NCBI GenBank assembly: GCA_031375665.1
Contig: JANMII010000045.1
Location: 1-43,784, forward strand
Origin: Hyphomicrobium sp.
GTDB taxonomy: Bacteria; Pseudomonadota; Alphaproteobacteria; Rhizobiales; Hyphomicrobiaceae
Direction: 5' to 3'
DNA length: 43,784 nt
Shown one piece after another: positions 30,616-40,863 of the stretch; position 1 is the stretch's first letter, and each line of letters begins with the position of its first letter. The notes below the pieces were generated by a model. That model was not told the origin of the DNA and made no database searches. It was given only the letters and a program-made list of their open reading frames with translations. The translations under genes and the position numbers were made by a program.

Positions 30616-31788
30616 CTAGGCGCCTGAGAAATAATTGGCGATGAAGCGACCGTAGATGTCCGTCAACGCTTCGAGATCGGCGACGCTTGTGTGTTCATCG
30701 ACTTGATGAATGGTGGCATTGACGAGGCCGAATTCCACGACCGGGCAATGATCCTTGATGAAGCGCGCGTCCGACGTACCACCGCCCGTGGTGAGTGCTG
30801 GTGTGCGCCCCGTCACCGATTTCACGGCATCGCGTAGGGTCGACACCAGCGGGCCGGGCTTCGTTAAAAACACATCGCCTGTCCCTGAAAATTCAAGATC
30901 GAAGCGGGCGCCGAGTTCTCGTGCCGCTTGTGCCGCCGTCTCGCGCACCCACGCCTCGATGCGAGGTCGTGTCCAGCTGTCATTGTACCGGATGTTGAGA
31001 GAAGCCCGCGCCGTGCCAGGAATGACGTTCGACGCCGTATTGGGTACCGAAATCACCGTCACCTGCAAATTTGACGCTTGGAAGTTGGCAGTTCCCGCAT
31101 CGATCTCAGCCGACGATAACCGATCGATCATGCGCGCCAGTTTCGGGACGGGATTGTCGGCTAAGTGTGGATAGGCGGAGTGTCCTTGCTTGCCGTGCAC
31201 CGTCAATTCGACGTTCAGCGAGCCGCGCCGCCCAATGCGGATTTCGTCACCTAGCGCCTTCGGATTTGACGGTTCGCCGACGAGGCATGCGTCCAGCACT
31301 TCATCGCGCGCCTTCAACCAGTCGAGAACTTTGATGGTGCCGTTGATCGACGGACCTTCTTCATCGCCCGTGATCAAAAACGACAGCGACCCGCGCGGCA
31401 ACCCGTTATGCATCGCGATGTAGCGCAGTGCGGCTGCCGCAAAGGCGCCAATGCATCCCTTCATATCGACTGCGCCGCGACCATACAATTTGCCGTCGTG
31501 GATCTCACCAGCGAACGGCGGCACGGTCCAGCGCGTTTCATCGCCCACTGGCACCACGTCGGTATGGCCCGCAAAGCATAAGTGCGGCCGACCGGTGCCA
31601 AGCCGCGCGTACAGGTTATCGACGTCGGGTGTGCCCGGCTCTGAGAAGACCATGCGATGGCAGATGAACCCCAATGGTTCGAGCACGTTTTGCAGCAACG
31701 TCAACGCGCCGCCTTCATGCGGTGTCACGCTTTCACAACGCAATAGCGCTTGCGTTAAAGCCACGGGGTCCGTCGGCGCGAAGGTCAT
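30616..31788 (-). CDS. dapE: Succinyl-diaminopimelate desuccinylase
   Basis: FAGHTDVVP, GRGAVDMKG, ITGDEEG, GRRGSL, TGGGTSDARF and IHQVDE motifs. Confidence 0.96.
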   Translation of the reverse strand: MTFAPTDPVALTQALLRCESVTPHEGGALTLLQNVLEPLGFICHRMVFSEPGTPDVDNLYARLGTGRPHLCFAGHTDVVPVGDETRWTVPPFAGEIHDGKLYGRGAVDMKGCIGAFAAAALRYIAMHNGLPRGSLSFLITGDEEGPSINGTIKVLDWLKARDEVLDACLVGEPSNPKALGDEIRIGRRGSLNVELTVHGKQGHSAYPHLADNPVPKLARMIDRLSSAEIDAGTANFQASNLQVTVISVPNTASNVIPGTARASLNIRYNDSWTRPRIEAWVRETAAQAARELGARFDLEFSGTGDVFLTKPGPLVSTLRDAVKSVTGRTPALTTGGGTSDARFIKDHCPVVEFGLVNATIHQVDEHTSVADLEALTDIYGRFIANYFSGA

Positions 31789-32525
31789 GCGGGGCTCGAT
31801 TTGAAAACAGGCGGTGGAATGGCGGGCGGCAGCTCTCGCCCCTCCAGGCTTTGCACGATGGTGATCTTCTGCCAAATCTTACTCGATAAGCCCGACGTCA
31901 AGCGCTCGATATCGCCGACCGTGTCGACAACGACGGGATCACTCAGCTTTTCAGCGTAGAGCGCCGCAAGTTTGGCCGTCAGCGACAAAAGCTCAGAACA
32001 ATAATCAAGGTAGCGCATCAGTTCGAAAGCCGACAGATCGCGGTCGGGCGAGCTCGACGTGCGCGCCGCCCCCAGCATACTGGGATCTTTGGTCAATTGG
32101 TGCATATCGATAACATGAATGATCGAGCGCAACTCATGCAGCGCCGCGAGTGCACGCCGGCGTTTCCAACGGGTCTCGAACGTTGACAAGAAGAACGCGG
32201 CACCGCCGAGGATGACCGTCAAGTTGACGGTTGCATCAAGTCCTTGCACCACGTCCGTCAGTTCATCGGTGCCTTTCAGCGTCAGCGCGTGACCGACAAT
32301 CGCCACTAACCCGGCGACACCGAACAGCACCGCCGCCGCCAACGCGATTCGTAGTCCCCAGTGCGGCTGATCAACGTCATCGATGCGCGCTGTCGTCTGC
32401 CGTGCGACCGCAACGAGATCGGCGCACACGCCCGTCAATCCGGCGTTGGGAAAGCGAGCATCCACGCGCTCTTCCAGCGAAGCGAGTGTCTCGACGATCT
32501 TTTCAGCATTCAGCGTTCGGTACAT
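31785..32525 (-). CDS. Hypothetical membrane protein inside the dapD-dapE operon
   Basis: 246 aa with two TM segments; LHELRSIIHVIDMHQLTKDP and RYLDYCSELLSL; 4-bp overlap with dapE. Confidence 0.8.
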   Translation of the reverse strand: MYRTLNAEKIVETLASLEERVDARFPNAGLTGVCADLVAVARQTTARIDDVDQPHWGLRIALAAAVLFGVAGLVAIVGHALTLKGTDELTDVVQGLDATVNLTVILGGAAFFLSTFETRWKRRRALAALHELRSIIHVIDMHQLTKDPSMLGAARTSSSPDRDLSAFELMRYLDYCSELLSLTAKLAALYAEKLSDPVVVDTVGDIERLTSGLSSKIWQKITIVQSLEGRELPPAIPPPVFKSSPA

Positions 32526-32554
32526 GGTGCGCCATCATCGAAAACGCAGGCTCA

Positions 32555-33400
32555 TTAGTCACGAAGCAAATCGTTGATGCTGGATTTGCTGCGGGACTTT
32601 TCATCGACGCGCTAGACGATGACGGCGCAGTATAAACTCGGCCCCATCTCGCCGTTCGGCAACGGCTTGCCAGCCATAGCGCCCGACACGACGACCGAGT
32701 AGGGCGGCACGCGACCGAACATTTTTTCGCCCGTCGCGCGATCGATGATGGTGGTCGATGCGCCGAGGTAGACGCCCATCGATAGCACCGAGCCTTCGCC
32801 GACATGCACGCCTTCGGCAACTTCAGCGCGCGCGCCGATGAAGCAGTTATCTTCGATGATGACCGGCCCGGCCTGCAACGGCTCAAGAACGCCGCCGATG
32901 CCAGCGCCACCCGAGATGTGGCAATTCTTGCCGATCTGCGCGCAGCTTCCAACCGTCGCCCACGTGTCAACCATGGTGCCGCTATCGACGTAGGCCCCCA
33001 GATTGACGAACGACGGCAACAACACAGCGCCTGGCGCGATGTAGGCTGATTTGCGCACAATGGCCCCCGGCAAGACGCGGAACCCGCCGTGACGGAAATC
33101 GCTTTCGGTCCATCCAGCGAACTTTGGCGCCACTTTATCCCAGTAGAAACTTCCCGCCGGACCGCCTGAAATCATCGCCATGTCGTTCAGGCGGAACGAC
33201 AGCAAAACGGCTTTCTTCAGCCACTGATTGACGACCCACGTGCCATCTCGCTTTTCGGCGACGCGCGCCTGGCCCCGGTCGAGCAGATCAAGTGCTGTCT
33301 CAACCGCATCTCGGACCGCGCCCGTCGTCGAAAACGACAGACTATCGCGGGCCTCCCAGGCGGCATCGATGGTGGTTTGGAGGTCAGAATGCGGCATCAA
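32555..33400 (-). CDS. dapD: Tetrahydrodipicolinate N-succinyltransferase, interrupted by an in-frame TAG at 32612-32614
   Basis: [27 protein letters not shown] and [11 protein letters not shown] motifs. After [11 protein letters not shown] the frame continues [21 protein letters not shown], the typical DapD C-terminus. Confidence 0.95.
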
Positions 33401-33651
33401 CGGAAAGTTCCTGTCTGAGTAAATTGTGCGCGTCTTGGGCGCATAAACGTGCCCGCCTTGTGGCCCCGGGTCCGGCGGGTGTCAATTGGGCCGCCAATCC
33501 AGAGCTGGGCCTCACGCTTTGGCTAATCGCATTCGTGTCAGGGGAGACCGCGCCGCCATACACTCGATGATCCGAATCGGACATGATCGGAGCGGGCGGT
33601 TACGCAACGCTTGGCCGCCTGTAATTGCAGTTCAACAAGGTTGATCGTGTC

Positions 33652-33915
33652 ATGGCAAAATCGATGGCTAAAATGGAATCGACCGGCAAGACTGTTGCAG
33701 CGGCCGCCGCTAAGGTGATGAAAAGCAAAACCGCCAGCAAAGCTGAAAAATCGGTCGCAGCGTCGGCCATGACGCAATCTAAGAGTAAGGTTGAAAAGAC
33801 CAGCCCAGCCGTTGCCGCCGCCGCATCGTCGGTTCTGCGCGATCCTAAGGCGAGCAAAGAAGCCAAAGCCGTCGCGGCTTCCGCCTTGACGCAAAAAGCC
33901 AACAAAAAGAAATAG
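33652..33915 (+). CDS. Small basic Lys/Ala/Ser-rich protein with two tandem ~37-aa modules
   Basis: Fills the gap between dapD and tlpA; clear internal protein-level duplication ending in ASAMTQ and ASALTQ. Confidence 0.8.
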   Translation: MAKSMAKMESTGKTVAAAAAKVMKSKTASKAEKSVAASAMTQSKSKVEKTSPAVAAAASSVLRDPKASKEAKAVAASALTQKANKKK

Positions 33916-33977
33916 CGCCATCCGGACGCTTGCTGGCACTGCCGGCGGCACAACGAGAAGCGTACCGCGTTGGCAAC

Positions 33978-34667
33978 TTATTCGGTTTTGGCCATCGCGG
34001 CCCTGATCAGCGCCTTCGCTTCATCGGAATCCCACTCTGCTGGACCAGCCAACCGTCCGACCTCTAAGCCGTCGGCATTGATCAGGATCGTCGTTGGCAT
34101 GCCGACCAACTTCAGAACCGTTCCCTGTTTGGCCGTGGCATCGACATACAAACTCAGTGCCGTCGCTTTGACCTCATCGAGAAACTTTTTCGACGCCGCC
34201 GCGCCCTGCCGGTCGAGGCTCAACGCGATGACTTCAAAGGTGTCGCCGCCGAGCTGTTCTTGCAGGCGGTTCAGGGCTGGCATTTCCTCACGACACGGCG
34301 CGCACCACGTCGCCCACAGATTCAGCAAAATGGTTTTGCCTTTGTAGTCGGACAGTTTGCGGTCAGCGCCGCTGGCATCCTTGAAGGTGATATCAGGGAT
34401 CGCTTCCGGCGTTCGCTTTTTGACGAACGCAGCCATCTGGCCGGTTTTAGTCGCGCCGCTAGCGGTCGTCGTCGCGGTTTCAGCTGTCGCCGCTACCGTG
34501 TTGGCGGCGTTCGGCGCGGTCGCTGCCGCGGTTAATGGTGCCCCGCCCGCCGTGACGAGTGCGTTGTCAGGACGGCCAAACGTGACGTATATCGCGGCAA
34601 ATCCGAGGATCGCCGTCGCCGCCACGATTGCCAGAGGTTTCAACGGCCCGCCCGTGCTATCCGCCAT
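33978..34667 (-). CDS. tlpA: TlpA-family thiol:disulfide oxidoreductase
   Basis: [21 protein letters not shown] and GPAEWDS motifs; N-terminal TM; divergent from argH. Confidence 0.93.
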   Translation of the reverse strand: MADSTGGPLKPLAIVAATAILGFAAIYVTFGRPDNALVTAGGAPLTAAATAPNAANTVAATAETATTTASGATKTGQMAAFVKKRTPEAIPDITFKDASGADRKLSDYKGKTILLNLWATWCAPCREEMPALNRLQEQLGGDTFEVIALSLDRQGAAASKKFLDEVKATALSLYVDATAKQGTVLKLVGMPTTILINADGLEVGRLAGPAEWDSDEAKALIRAAMAKTE

Positions 34668-34714
34668 CTATTCGAAAGCCTCTTTCCAATTGTTTCCTTA
34701 AGGAGACCCGCCGC

Positions 34715-36178
34715 GTGACTGACAAGCCATCCGATGCACCGCGGCCGACTGCTGGATTACGGCCCACTCCTGCATCGCGTCCATCCAACGCCATGTGGGG
34801 CGGCCGCTTCGCCATGTCTCCGGCTGAGATCATGCAGGAGATAAATGCGTCCATCGGCTTCGACAAGCGCTTGGCGCCGCAAGACATCCGTGGCTCAAAA
34901 GCTCACGCCGCCATGCTCGCCGATGCTGGCATCATTACCAAGGCGGACGCAAAGGAAATTTCCAAGGGTCTCGATGCGGTCCTGGCCGAAATTGAGGCTG
35001 GCACCTTCACATTCTCACGCGCGCTCGAAGACGTTCATATGAATGTCGAAAGCCGCCTGAAGGATCTCGTCGGTGCCGCCGCCGGTCGCTTGCATACGGC
35101 GCGGTCACGCAACGATCAGGTGGCGACCGATTTCAGGCTCTATGTTCGTGACCAGATCGACGGCTTGGATGCGGCGCTGGCGACTGTACAACGCGCACTC
35201 GCCAGCAAAGCTGAAACCCACGCCGCGACCGTCATGCCGGGCTTCACGCATCTGCAACCAGCGCAGCCGGTGACCTTTGGCCATCATCTGCTCGCTTACG
35301 TCGAGATGATCGCGCGCGACCGTGGCCGGTTTAGCGACGCCCGCAAACGCCTGAACGAAAGCCCGCTTGGATCAGCGGCGCTTGCTGGCACGTCGTTTCC
35401 GATCGATCGTCACCAGACAGCGGTTGCACTTGGCTTCGATAAGCCGATGAACAATTCACTTGATGGCGTATCGGATCGTGATTTTGCGCTTGAAACGCTC
35501 GCCGCCGCGACCATCTCGGCCATTCATTTTTCGCGTCTCGCCGAAGAGATCGTGATCTGGATGACACCGCAATTCGGCTTCATCACGCTGTCCGACAAAT
35601 TCACCACTGGCTCGTCGATCATGCCGCAAAAGCGCAACCCGGATGCCGCTGAACTGTCTCGCGCCAAAGTTGGCCGCATCGCAGGCGCGTTCCAAAGCCT
35701 GGCGATGGTGATGAAAGGCTTGCCGCTCGCGTATTCGAAGGACATGCAGGAAGACAAAGAAGCGACCTTCGACGCTCTCGAAAGCTTCAAGCTGGTCGTC
35801 GCCGCGATGGCTGGCATGGTGACCGACCTGGAGCCGGTGCCGGATGTGATGCGGGCGGCGGCCGGACGCGGCTATTCGACCGCGACCGATCTGGCCGACT
35901 GGCTGGTGCGCGAGCTCAAAATGCCGTTCCGCGACGCCCATCACGTCACCGGCAGCATCGTCAAGCTGGCGGAGACCAAAGGGTTAGACCTCGAAGCGCT
36001 GCCGCTGGCCGATATGCAAAACATCGAGCCGCGCATCACAAAGGCCGCGTTTTCGGTGCTCTCGGTCGAAAATTCGGTCAAAAGCCGGGTCAGTTATGGG
36101 GGAACTGCGCCACAGAACGTGCTCAAAATGGCCCGCGCTTGGATCAAACGGTTGGAAAAGGAGCGGGCTAGGGTCTAG
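34715..36178 (+). CDS. argH: Argininosuccinate lyase (GTG start after AAGGAG inferred)
   Basis: [24 protein letters not shown] and [12 protein letters not shown] motifs. Confidence 0.98.
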   Translation: MTDKPSDAPRPTAGLRPTPASRPSNAMWGGRFAMSPAEIMQEINASIGFDKRLAPQDIRGSKAHAAMLADAGIITKADAKEISKGLDAVLAEIEAGTFTFSRALEDVHMNVESRLKDLVGAAAGRLHTARSRNDQVATDFRLYVRDQIDGLDAALATVQRALASKAETHAATVMPGFTHLQPAQPVTFGHHLLAYVEMIARDRGRFSDARKRLNESPLGSAALAGTSFPIDRHQTAVALGFDKPMNNSLDGVSDRDFALETLAAATISAIHFSRLAEEIVIWMTPQFGFITLSDKFTTGSSIMPQKRNPDAAELSRAKVGRIAGAFQSLAMVMKGLPLAYSKDMQEDKEATFDALESFKLVVAAMAGMVTDLEPVPDVMRAAAGRGYSTATDLADWLVRELKMPFRDAHHVTGSIVKLAETKGLDLEALPLADMQNIEPRITKAAFSVLSVENSVKSRVSYGGTAPQNVLKMARAWIKRLEKERARV

Positions 36179-36325
36179 TTTGCCATCTCGATAGGGCCAC
36201 GCGGCAGCGTTAGCCTTTACTCGCGAGGGCGCGTAGTCGCGCCAGCCCGATGACCGCGACGCTGTATTTGGCGCAATAGCCTGAGGTCTTGCAAACCCGA
36301 GGTGTTACGAACTGGATTGCTCTTG

Positions 36326-36559
36326 ATGATGCCGTTTGGTGGCCACAAGTCTGACAGCCTTAAGTCTACTGTTGTTGCTGCGGCGCTTGTCGCATTCGCG
36401 GCACTGAGCGGCTGTGGTGTCAAGGGTCCGCTTGATCCACCCGCCCAGGCCAAGGCCGAAGGTGACGCCAAATCCGCTGCCTCAGCCGCCGCTGGCGAAA
36501 ATTCCGCAGCCCCGCCCAAGCCCCACGAACCTTTCGTGCTGGACAGCTTGCTGCGGTAG
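36326..36559 (+). CDS. Small lipoprotein (LptM/YifL/LppL-like)
   Basis: Lipobox LSGC followed by GVKGPL.PP; C-terminal FVLDSLL; located between argH and lysA. Confidence 0.8.
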   Translation: MMPFGGHKSDSLKSTVVAAALVAFAALSGCGVKGPLDPPAQAKAEGDAKSAASAAAGENSAAPPKPHEPFVLDSLLR

Positions 36560-36722
36560 CCGACGTTCGTTTCGAGCACGCCCGGCGCAATCGTCATTCG
36601 TTGTTACAGTTCACCTGACCGCGTGAGCAAATTGCGCGCCGCCGCTGATCGTCCTTGCCCTTCGCTGGCAGCACTCTAAAAGCGCTCTGAAGCTTTTCCT
36701 AGTTGGCGCACGCAGCCCTCCC

Positions 36723-37997
36723 ATGCACCACTTCCACTACCAATCCGGCCAACTTTACGCCGAGGATGTCAGCTTGGCGGCCATTGCGGCTGAAGTCGGC
36801 ACGCCATTCTATTGCTATTCGACCGCCACGCTCGAGCGCCATTGCGCAGTGCTGGCTCGCGCCTTCCGCGATCACGACACGCTGATTTGCTTTGCTGTCA
36901 AAGCCAATTCCAATCAAGCCGTGCTGGCCACCATGGCGCGCCTCGGGCTTGGCATGGACGTCGTATCGGAAGGCGAATTGCGCCGCGCGCGAGCGGCTGG
37001 CGTGCCAGCGTCTAAAATCATTTTTGCCGGGGTTGGAAAAACCAAAGTTGAAATGGCTTATGCCCTTGGCGAAGGCATTTTGGGCTTCAACGTCGAAAGC
37101 GAACCAGAACTGCTGGCCTTGAGCGAGGTCGCGACGTCGCTCGGCAAAACCGCCCACATCGCCATTCGCGTCAATCCGGATGTTGACGCAAAAACGCACG
37201 CCAAAATCTCGACCGGCAAATCAGAAAACAAATTCGGCGTCCCCTACGACGAAGCGCGTGCGCTTTACGGCGAAGCGTCCCGTCTGCCAGGTATCAAAGT
37301 TTCCGGCATTCACATGCACATCGGCAGCCAGATCACCGATCTCGCGCCTTTCCGCGATGCGTTTCGGCTGCTGCGCGATCTCGTGGTGGTGCTGCGAGAC
37401 GACGGTATCGCGCTTGAGCATCTCGATATTGGCGGCGGTCTGGGCGTTCCCTATCGCGGCGTCAATGACGTGCCGCCAACACCTGATGCCTATGCTGCAA
37501 TTGTCACCGAAGCGGTTGGCGATCTTGGCCTCAAGCTGGTGCTTGAACCGGGCCGCATGATCGTTGGCAATGCCGGCGTGCTGGTCAGCAAAGTCATCTA
37601 CGTTAAAGAGGGTGCCGATCGCACCTTTACGATTGTCGACGCCGCCATGAACGATCTAATCCGACCGACGCTCTACGAAGCTCATCACGATATTTTGCCG
37701 ATCGATGAAGCCAAGTCGGCGATGGCGCCGGTGCAGCAGGATATCGTCGGTCCAGTCTGCGAAACCGGTGATTATCTGGCGTTAGACCGCGCACTGCCGC
37801 CGTTTGAACCCGACGATCTTGTGGCCATCATGACTGCTGGTGCCTACGGCGCGGTGATGTCGTCGACGTACAATTCACGGCCGCTAATCCCGGAAGTGCT
37901 TGTTAGTGGTAAAAACTTTGCCGTCGTTCGACCGCGACCAACGCACGAAGCGCTTATAGCAGCTGACCGATTGCCGCCGTGGCTATCGAACACCTAG
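36723..37997 (+). CDS. lysA: Diaminopimelate decarboxylase
   Basis: FAVKAN, HMHIGSQ, DIGGGLG, EPGR, GPVCETGD and GAYG motifs. Confidence 0.98.
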   Translation: MHHFHYQSGQLYAEDVSLAAIAAEVGTPFYCYSTATLERHCAVLARAFRDHDTLICFAVKANSNQAVLATMARLGLGMDVVSEGELRRARAAGVPASKIIFAGVGKTKVEMAYALGEGILGFNVESEPELLALSEVATSLGKTAHIAIRVNPDVDAKTHAKISTGKSENKFGVPYDEARALYGEASRLPGIKVSGIHMHIGSQITDLAPFRDAFRLLRDLVVVLRDDGIALEHLDIGGGLGVPYRGVNDVPPTPDAYAAIVTEAVGDLGLKLVLEPGRMIVGNAGVLVSKVIYVKEGADRTFTIVDAAMNDLIRPTLYEAHHDILPIDEAKSAMAPVQQDIVGPVCETGDYLALDRALPPFEPDDLVAIMTAGAYGAVMSSTYNSRPLIPEVLVSGKNFAVVRPRPTHEALIAADRLPPWLSNT

Positions 37998-38121
37998 CCG
38001 CGTTTCTACCGGCAACCTCGTGAAAGGCGCGCGCCGCATCATCGCCAATGTGCATCTCAGCGAAGCTCAAAACGATTGCATTTTGTTAAGGTGCGCAGCT
38101 CGGTCCGCATGCTAGATTTTT

Positions 38122-40848
38122 GTGATGGTAGACCAAACACCGCCCACCAATCATGCGATGACGCGCGTTTTTAAGCGCAAAATTTGGCTGAGTAAGCTTG
38201 CTCTCTTTTTTGAGAGGCTGTGGCCTCGTTTGTGGGTTCTGCTCGGGCTCATCGCAATTTTCGCCGCGCTATCGCTTGCAGGCTTCTGGTCGGTTGTGCC
38301 GACGCTGGCGCATCAAGCGTTGCTCGCGGGGTTTGCTGTCGCGGGCCTCGCGTCGATCGTGTTTGCGGTCCGTGTGCCATGGCCATCGCGCGATGAAGCC
38401 GTGCGCCGCATCGAGCGCCGGTCGGGCGTTCCCCACCGGCCTGCAACCTCATACGAAGACACGCTGTCGGGTGCGGCGGGCGGCGACGAAACGGCTGTGC
38501 TGTGGCAAGCCCATCGTGAGCGCTTATCGCGGGCGATCGACCGTCTCAAAGTCGGCAGCCCGAGCCCGCGCGCCGATCGGTTCGATCCCTTCGCCGTCCG
38601 ATCGTTAGCGCTGCTCGTGCTTGTGCCGGCGGCTCTGCTCGTCAACGGCAGTGTCCGTGAGCGGCTTGCGTCTGCATTTGAATTCGACGGCGGCGCATTG
38701 CAAGCGAATGCTCGGCTCGATGCATGGGTGACGCCACCACCTTACACGGCAATCGCACCGATCTTGTTGGCGGATGGTGGCGCGGCCCCGACCGAGACGC
38801 CAGCGCCCGCTAAACTCATCGAGGTGCCAGAGCGCAGTCTGATGACGCTGCGCGGTGTTGGCTATGGCGGAGCTGGACTTACGCTCGAAGTTTTGAGTGA
38901 AGGCGCAACAACGGCAGAAATTATCAAGCCAGAGGCGACCAAAGTCGCGACTGACCCTTCCGCCAAACCGGTCGTCGTTACGGCTGGCGTTTCGGAAGTT
39001 CGTTTCGAGATTAAAAAGTCGGCGGTTATCCGCGCGCTAAACGGCTCGCGCGCGTTGGGTCAGTGGACGTTTGGCGTCATCCCCGATCAGTTGCCAACTA
39101 TCGCACTGGCCAAGGAGCTCGACCGCACGCCGCGCGGCTCTTTGAAGCTGACCTACATCGGCGAGGATGATTACGGCATTGCGTCGGCTGCAGCCAAATT
39201 GCGCCAAGCGCCACCAAAGCCGAGCGATCCAAGCAAAGCCTGGGCGCGGCCGGAACCGTTGAGCGGTCCGCGTTTGCCGCTTGAAAAACCGCCGGTGCTC
39301 ACGTTGAAGGTGCCAAAGCCCGGCGAAAAGGTCCTCGATGGATCGACACTCCTCGATCTTGGTGCCCATCCGTGGGCCGGACAGCGGGTCGAGCTTTGGC
39401 TCGAAGCAACCGACGTTGGCGGCCAGATCGGCCGCAGCACGCCGGTCGAAATCGTGTTGCCCGCGCGCCGATTCAAAAAGCCGCTGGCGCGCGCCGTCAT
39501 CGAGCAACGCCGCAAGCTCGCCGAAGATTCCCGCAATCGGCCGCGTGTGGCCCGCGCCCTTGATGCTTTGACACTCGAGCCCGAGGGCTTGATCGAAACC
39601 ACCGGCATCTTCCTTGGCCTCCGAACAGCGTTTCACCGCATCCAGAGCGATGGAACGCGTGACGCTCTGAAAGAAACCGTCGATCAGCTATGGGAGCTCG
39701 CGCTCAAAATCGAGGATGGCGCGCTGTCGGACGCAGAGCGCGCTTTGAAGGACGCGCAGGACAAGTTGGCGGAAGCCTTACAGAAGGGCGCTGATGATCA
39801 GGAAATTCAAGATCGCCTCGCTGAGCTGAAGCAGAAGCTCAACGAGTATCTCGACGAGATGCAAAAGAACGCCGCCAAAGAGAACGGCGAGGAGCAGCAG
39901 GCTGAGCAAGACCAACAGGACCAAGGTGAGCACCTTGGCCAAAAAGATCTCGACGAGATGATGAAGGAATTGGAGAAAAACGCGCGCGAAGGCTCGCGTG
40001 AAGAAGCTGAAAAAATGCTCTCCGACATGAAAGAGCTGATGGAGCGGCTGCAAGCCAACAACTCGCCGGAAGCCAAGGCCGAGCAGAAAAAAGCTGCCGA
40101 GATGATGAAAAAGCTCGATATGCTCGGCAACCTTGCTGGCAAGCAGCAGCAGTTGATGGACGAAACCTTCGGCGAGCAGAAAAAGCAGCAGAGCGGCGAG
40201 CAGCAGCGTGGCGGATCGCAAGACGATCCCAACGGCCAGAACAGTCCGAATTCGCAGCAGGGCGAGCAAGGTCAGGGTCAGCAGCAGCGTGGCCAGAACG
40301 GCAAGCCTAAGCAACAGGGTGGCGCTCAGCAGGGTCAAGGCAAGCAGGGCGACAAAGGTCAAGGCGTCGGCGAGAAACAGCCTGGTGAAAGCGACCTGGG
40401 CAAGCGTCAGGCCGAGCTTCGCGAAGAGCTCGATCGCTTGCAAAAAGAACTTGAAGAACTCGGCGCGGGCGATCCCGACAAACTCGGCAAAGCCGAAGAC
40501 TCGATGGGCGAAGCCGAGGAATCGCTCGGCCAGAAGGATTTCGAAAACGCAGCTCAGCAGCAGGCCGAGGCCCTCGACCAGATGCGCGAGAGTGCCAAAT
40601 CGATGGCTGAGCAAATGCAAAAGAACGCCCAGCAGAAGATGGGCCGTGGTGGCGACACGCCGCGCGATCCGCTCGGTCGGCCGCAGCGTTCGCAGGGGCC
40701 GGACGTTGGTCAATCAGTCAAGGTGCCGAACGCCATCGATGCGCAACGCGCGCGTGAGATCCTCGACGAACTGCGCAAGCGTTCAAGTGAAAGTTTGCGG
40801 CCCGCCATTGAGCTCGATTACATCGATCGTCTGCTGCGTCGGTTCTAG
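38122..40848 (+). CDS. TIGR02302/DUF4175 family membrane-anchored coiled-coil protein
   Basis: ERLWP, DAWVTPPPYT, DDYG, ARAVIEQRR, RDPLGR and ELDYIDRLL motifs; Gln/Gly-rich linker; usual position downstream of lysA. Confidence 0.9.
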   Translation: MMVDQTPPTNHAMTRVFKRKIWLSKLALFFERLWPRLWVLLGLIAIFAALSLAGFWSVVPTLAHQALLAGFAVAGLASIVFAVRVPWPSRDEAVRRIERRSGVPHRPATSYEDTLSGAAGGDETAVLWQAHRERLSRAIDRLKVGSPSPRADRFDPFAVRSLALLVLVPAALLVNGSVRERLASAFEFDGGALQANARLDAWVTPPPYTAIAPILLADGGAAPTETPAPAKLIEVPERSLMTLRGVGYGGAGLTLEVLSEGATTAEIIKPEATKVATDPSAKPVVVTAGVSEVRFEIKKSAVIRALNGSRALGQWTFGVIPDQLPTIALAKELDRTPRGSLKLTYIGEDDYGIASAAAKLRQAPPKPSDPSKAWARPEPLSGPRLPLEKPPVLTLKVPKPGEKVLDGSTLLDLGAHPWAGQRVELWLEATDVGGQIGRSTPVEIVLPARRFKKPLARAVIEQRRKLAEDSRNRPRVARALDALTLEPEGLIETTGIFLGLRTAFHRIQSDGTRDALKETVDQLWELALKIEDGALSDAERALKDAQDKLAEALQKGADDQEIQDRLAELKQKLNEYLDEMQKNAAKENGEEQQAEQDQQDQGEHLGQKDLDEMMKELEKNAREGSREEAEKMLSDMKELMERLQANNSPEAKAEQKKAAEMMKKLDMLGNLAGKQQQLMDETFGEQKKQQSGEQQRGGSQDDPNGQNSPNSQQGEQGQGQQQRGQNGKPKQQGGAQQGQGKQGDKGQGVGEKQPGESDLGKRQAELREELDRLQKELEELGAGDPDKLGKAEDSMGEAEESLGQKDFENAAQQQAEALDQMRESAKSMAEQMQKNAQQKMGRGGDTPRDPLGRPQRSQGPDVGQSVKVPNAIDAQRAREILDELRKRSSESLRPAIELDYIDRLLRRF

Positions 40849-40863
40849 AATGACGCTCGCGCG

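Noticed and set aside
32612-32614. Genome-wide TAG reassignment
   Set aside because: regA, argH, lysA, dapE, ppk2 and others end at TAG at their expected C-termini
32503-33060. Alternative-frame ORF suggesting a dapD frameshift
   Set aside because: The missing DapD C-terminus is in the same frame behind the TAG, so no frameshift is needed
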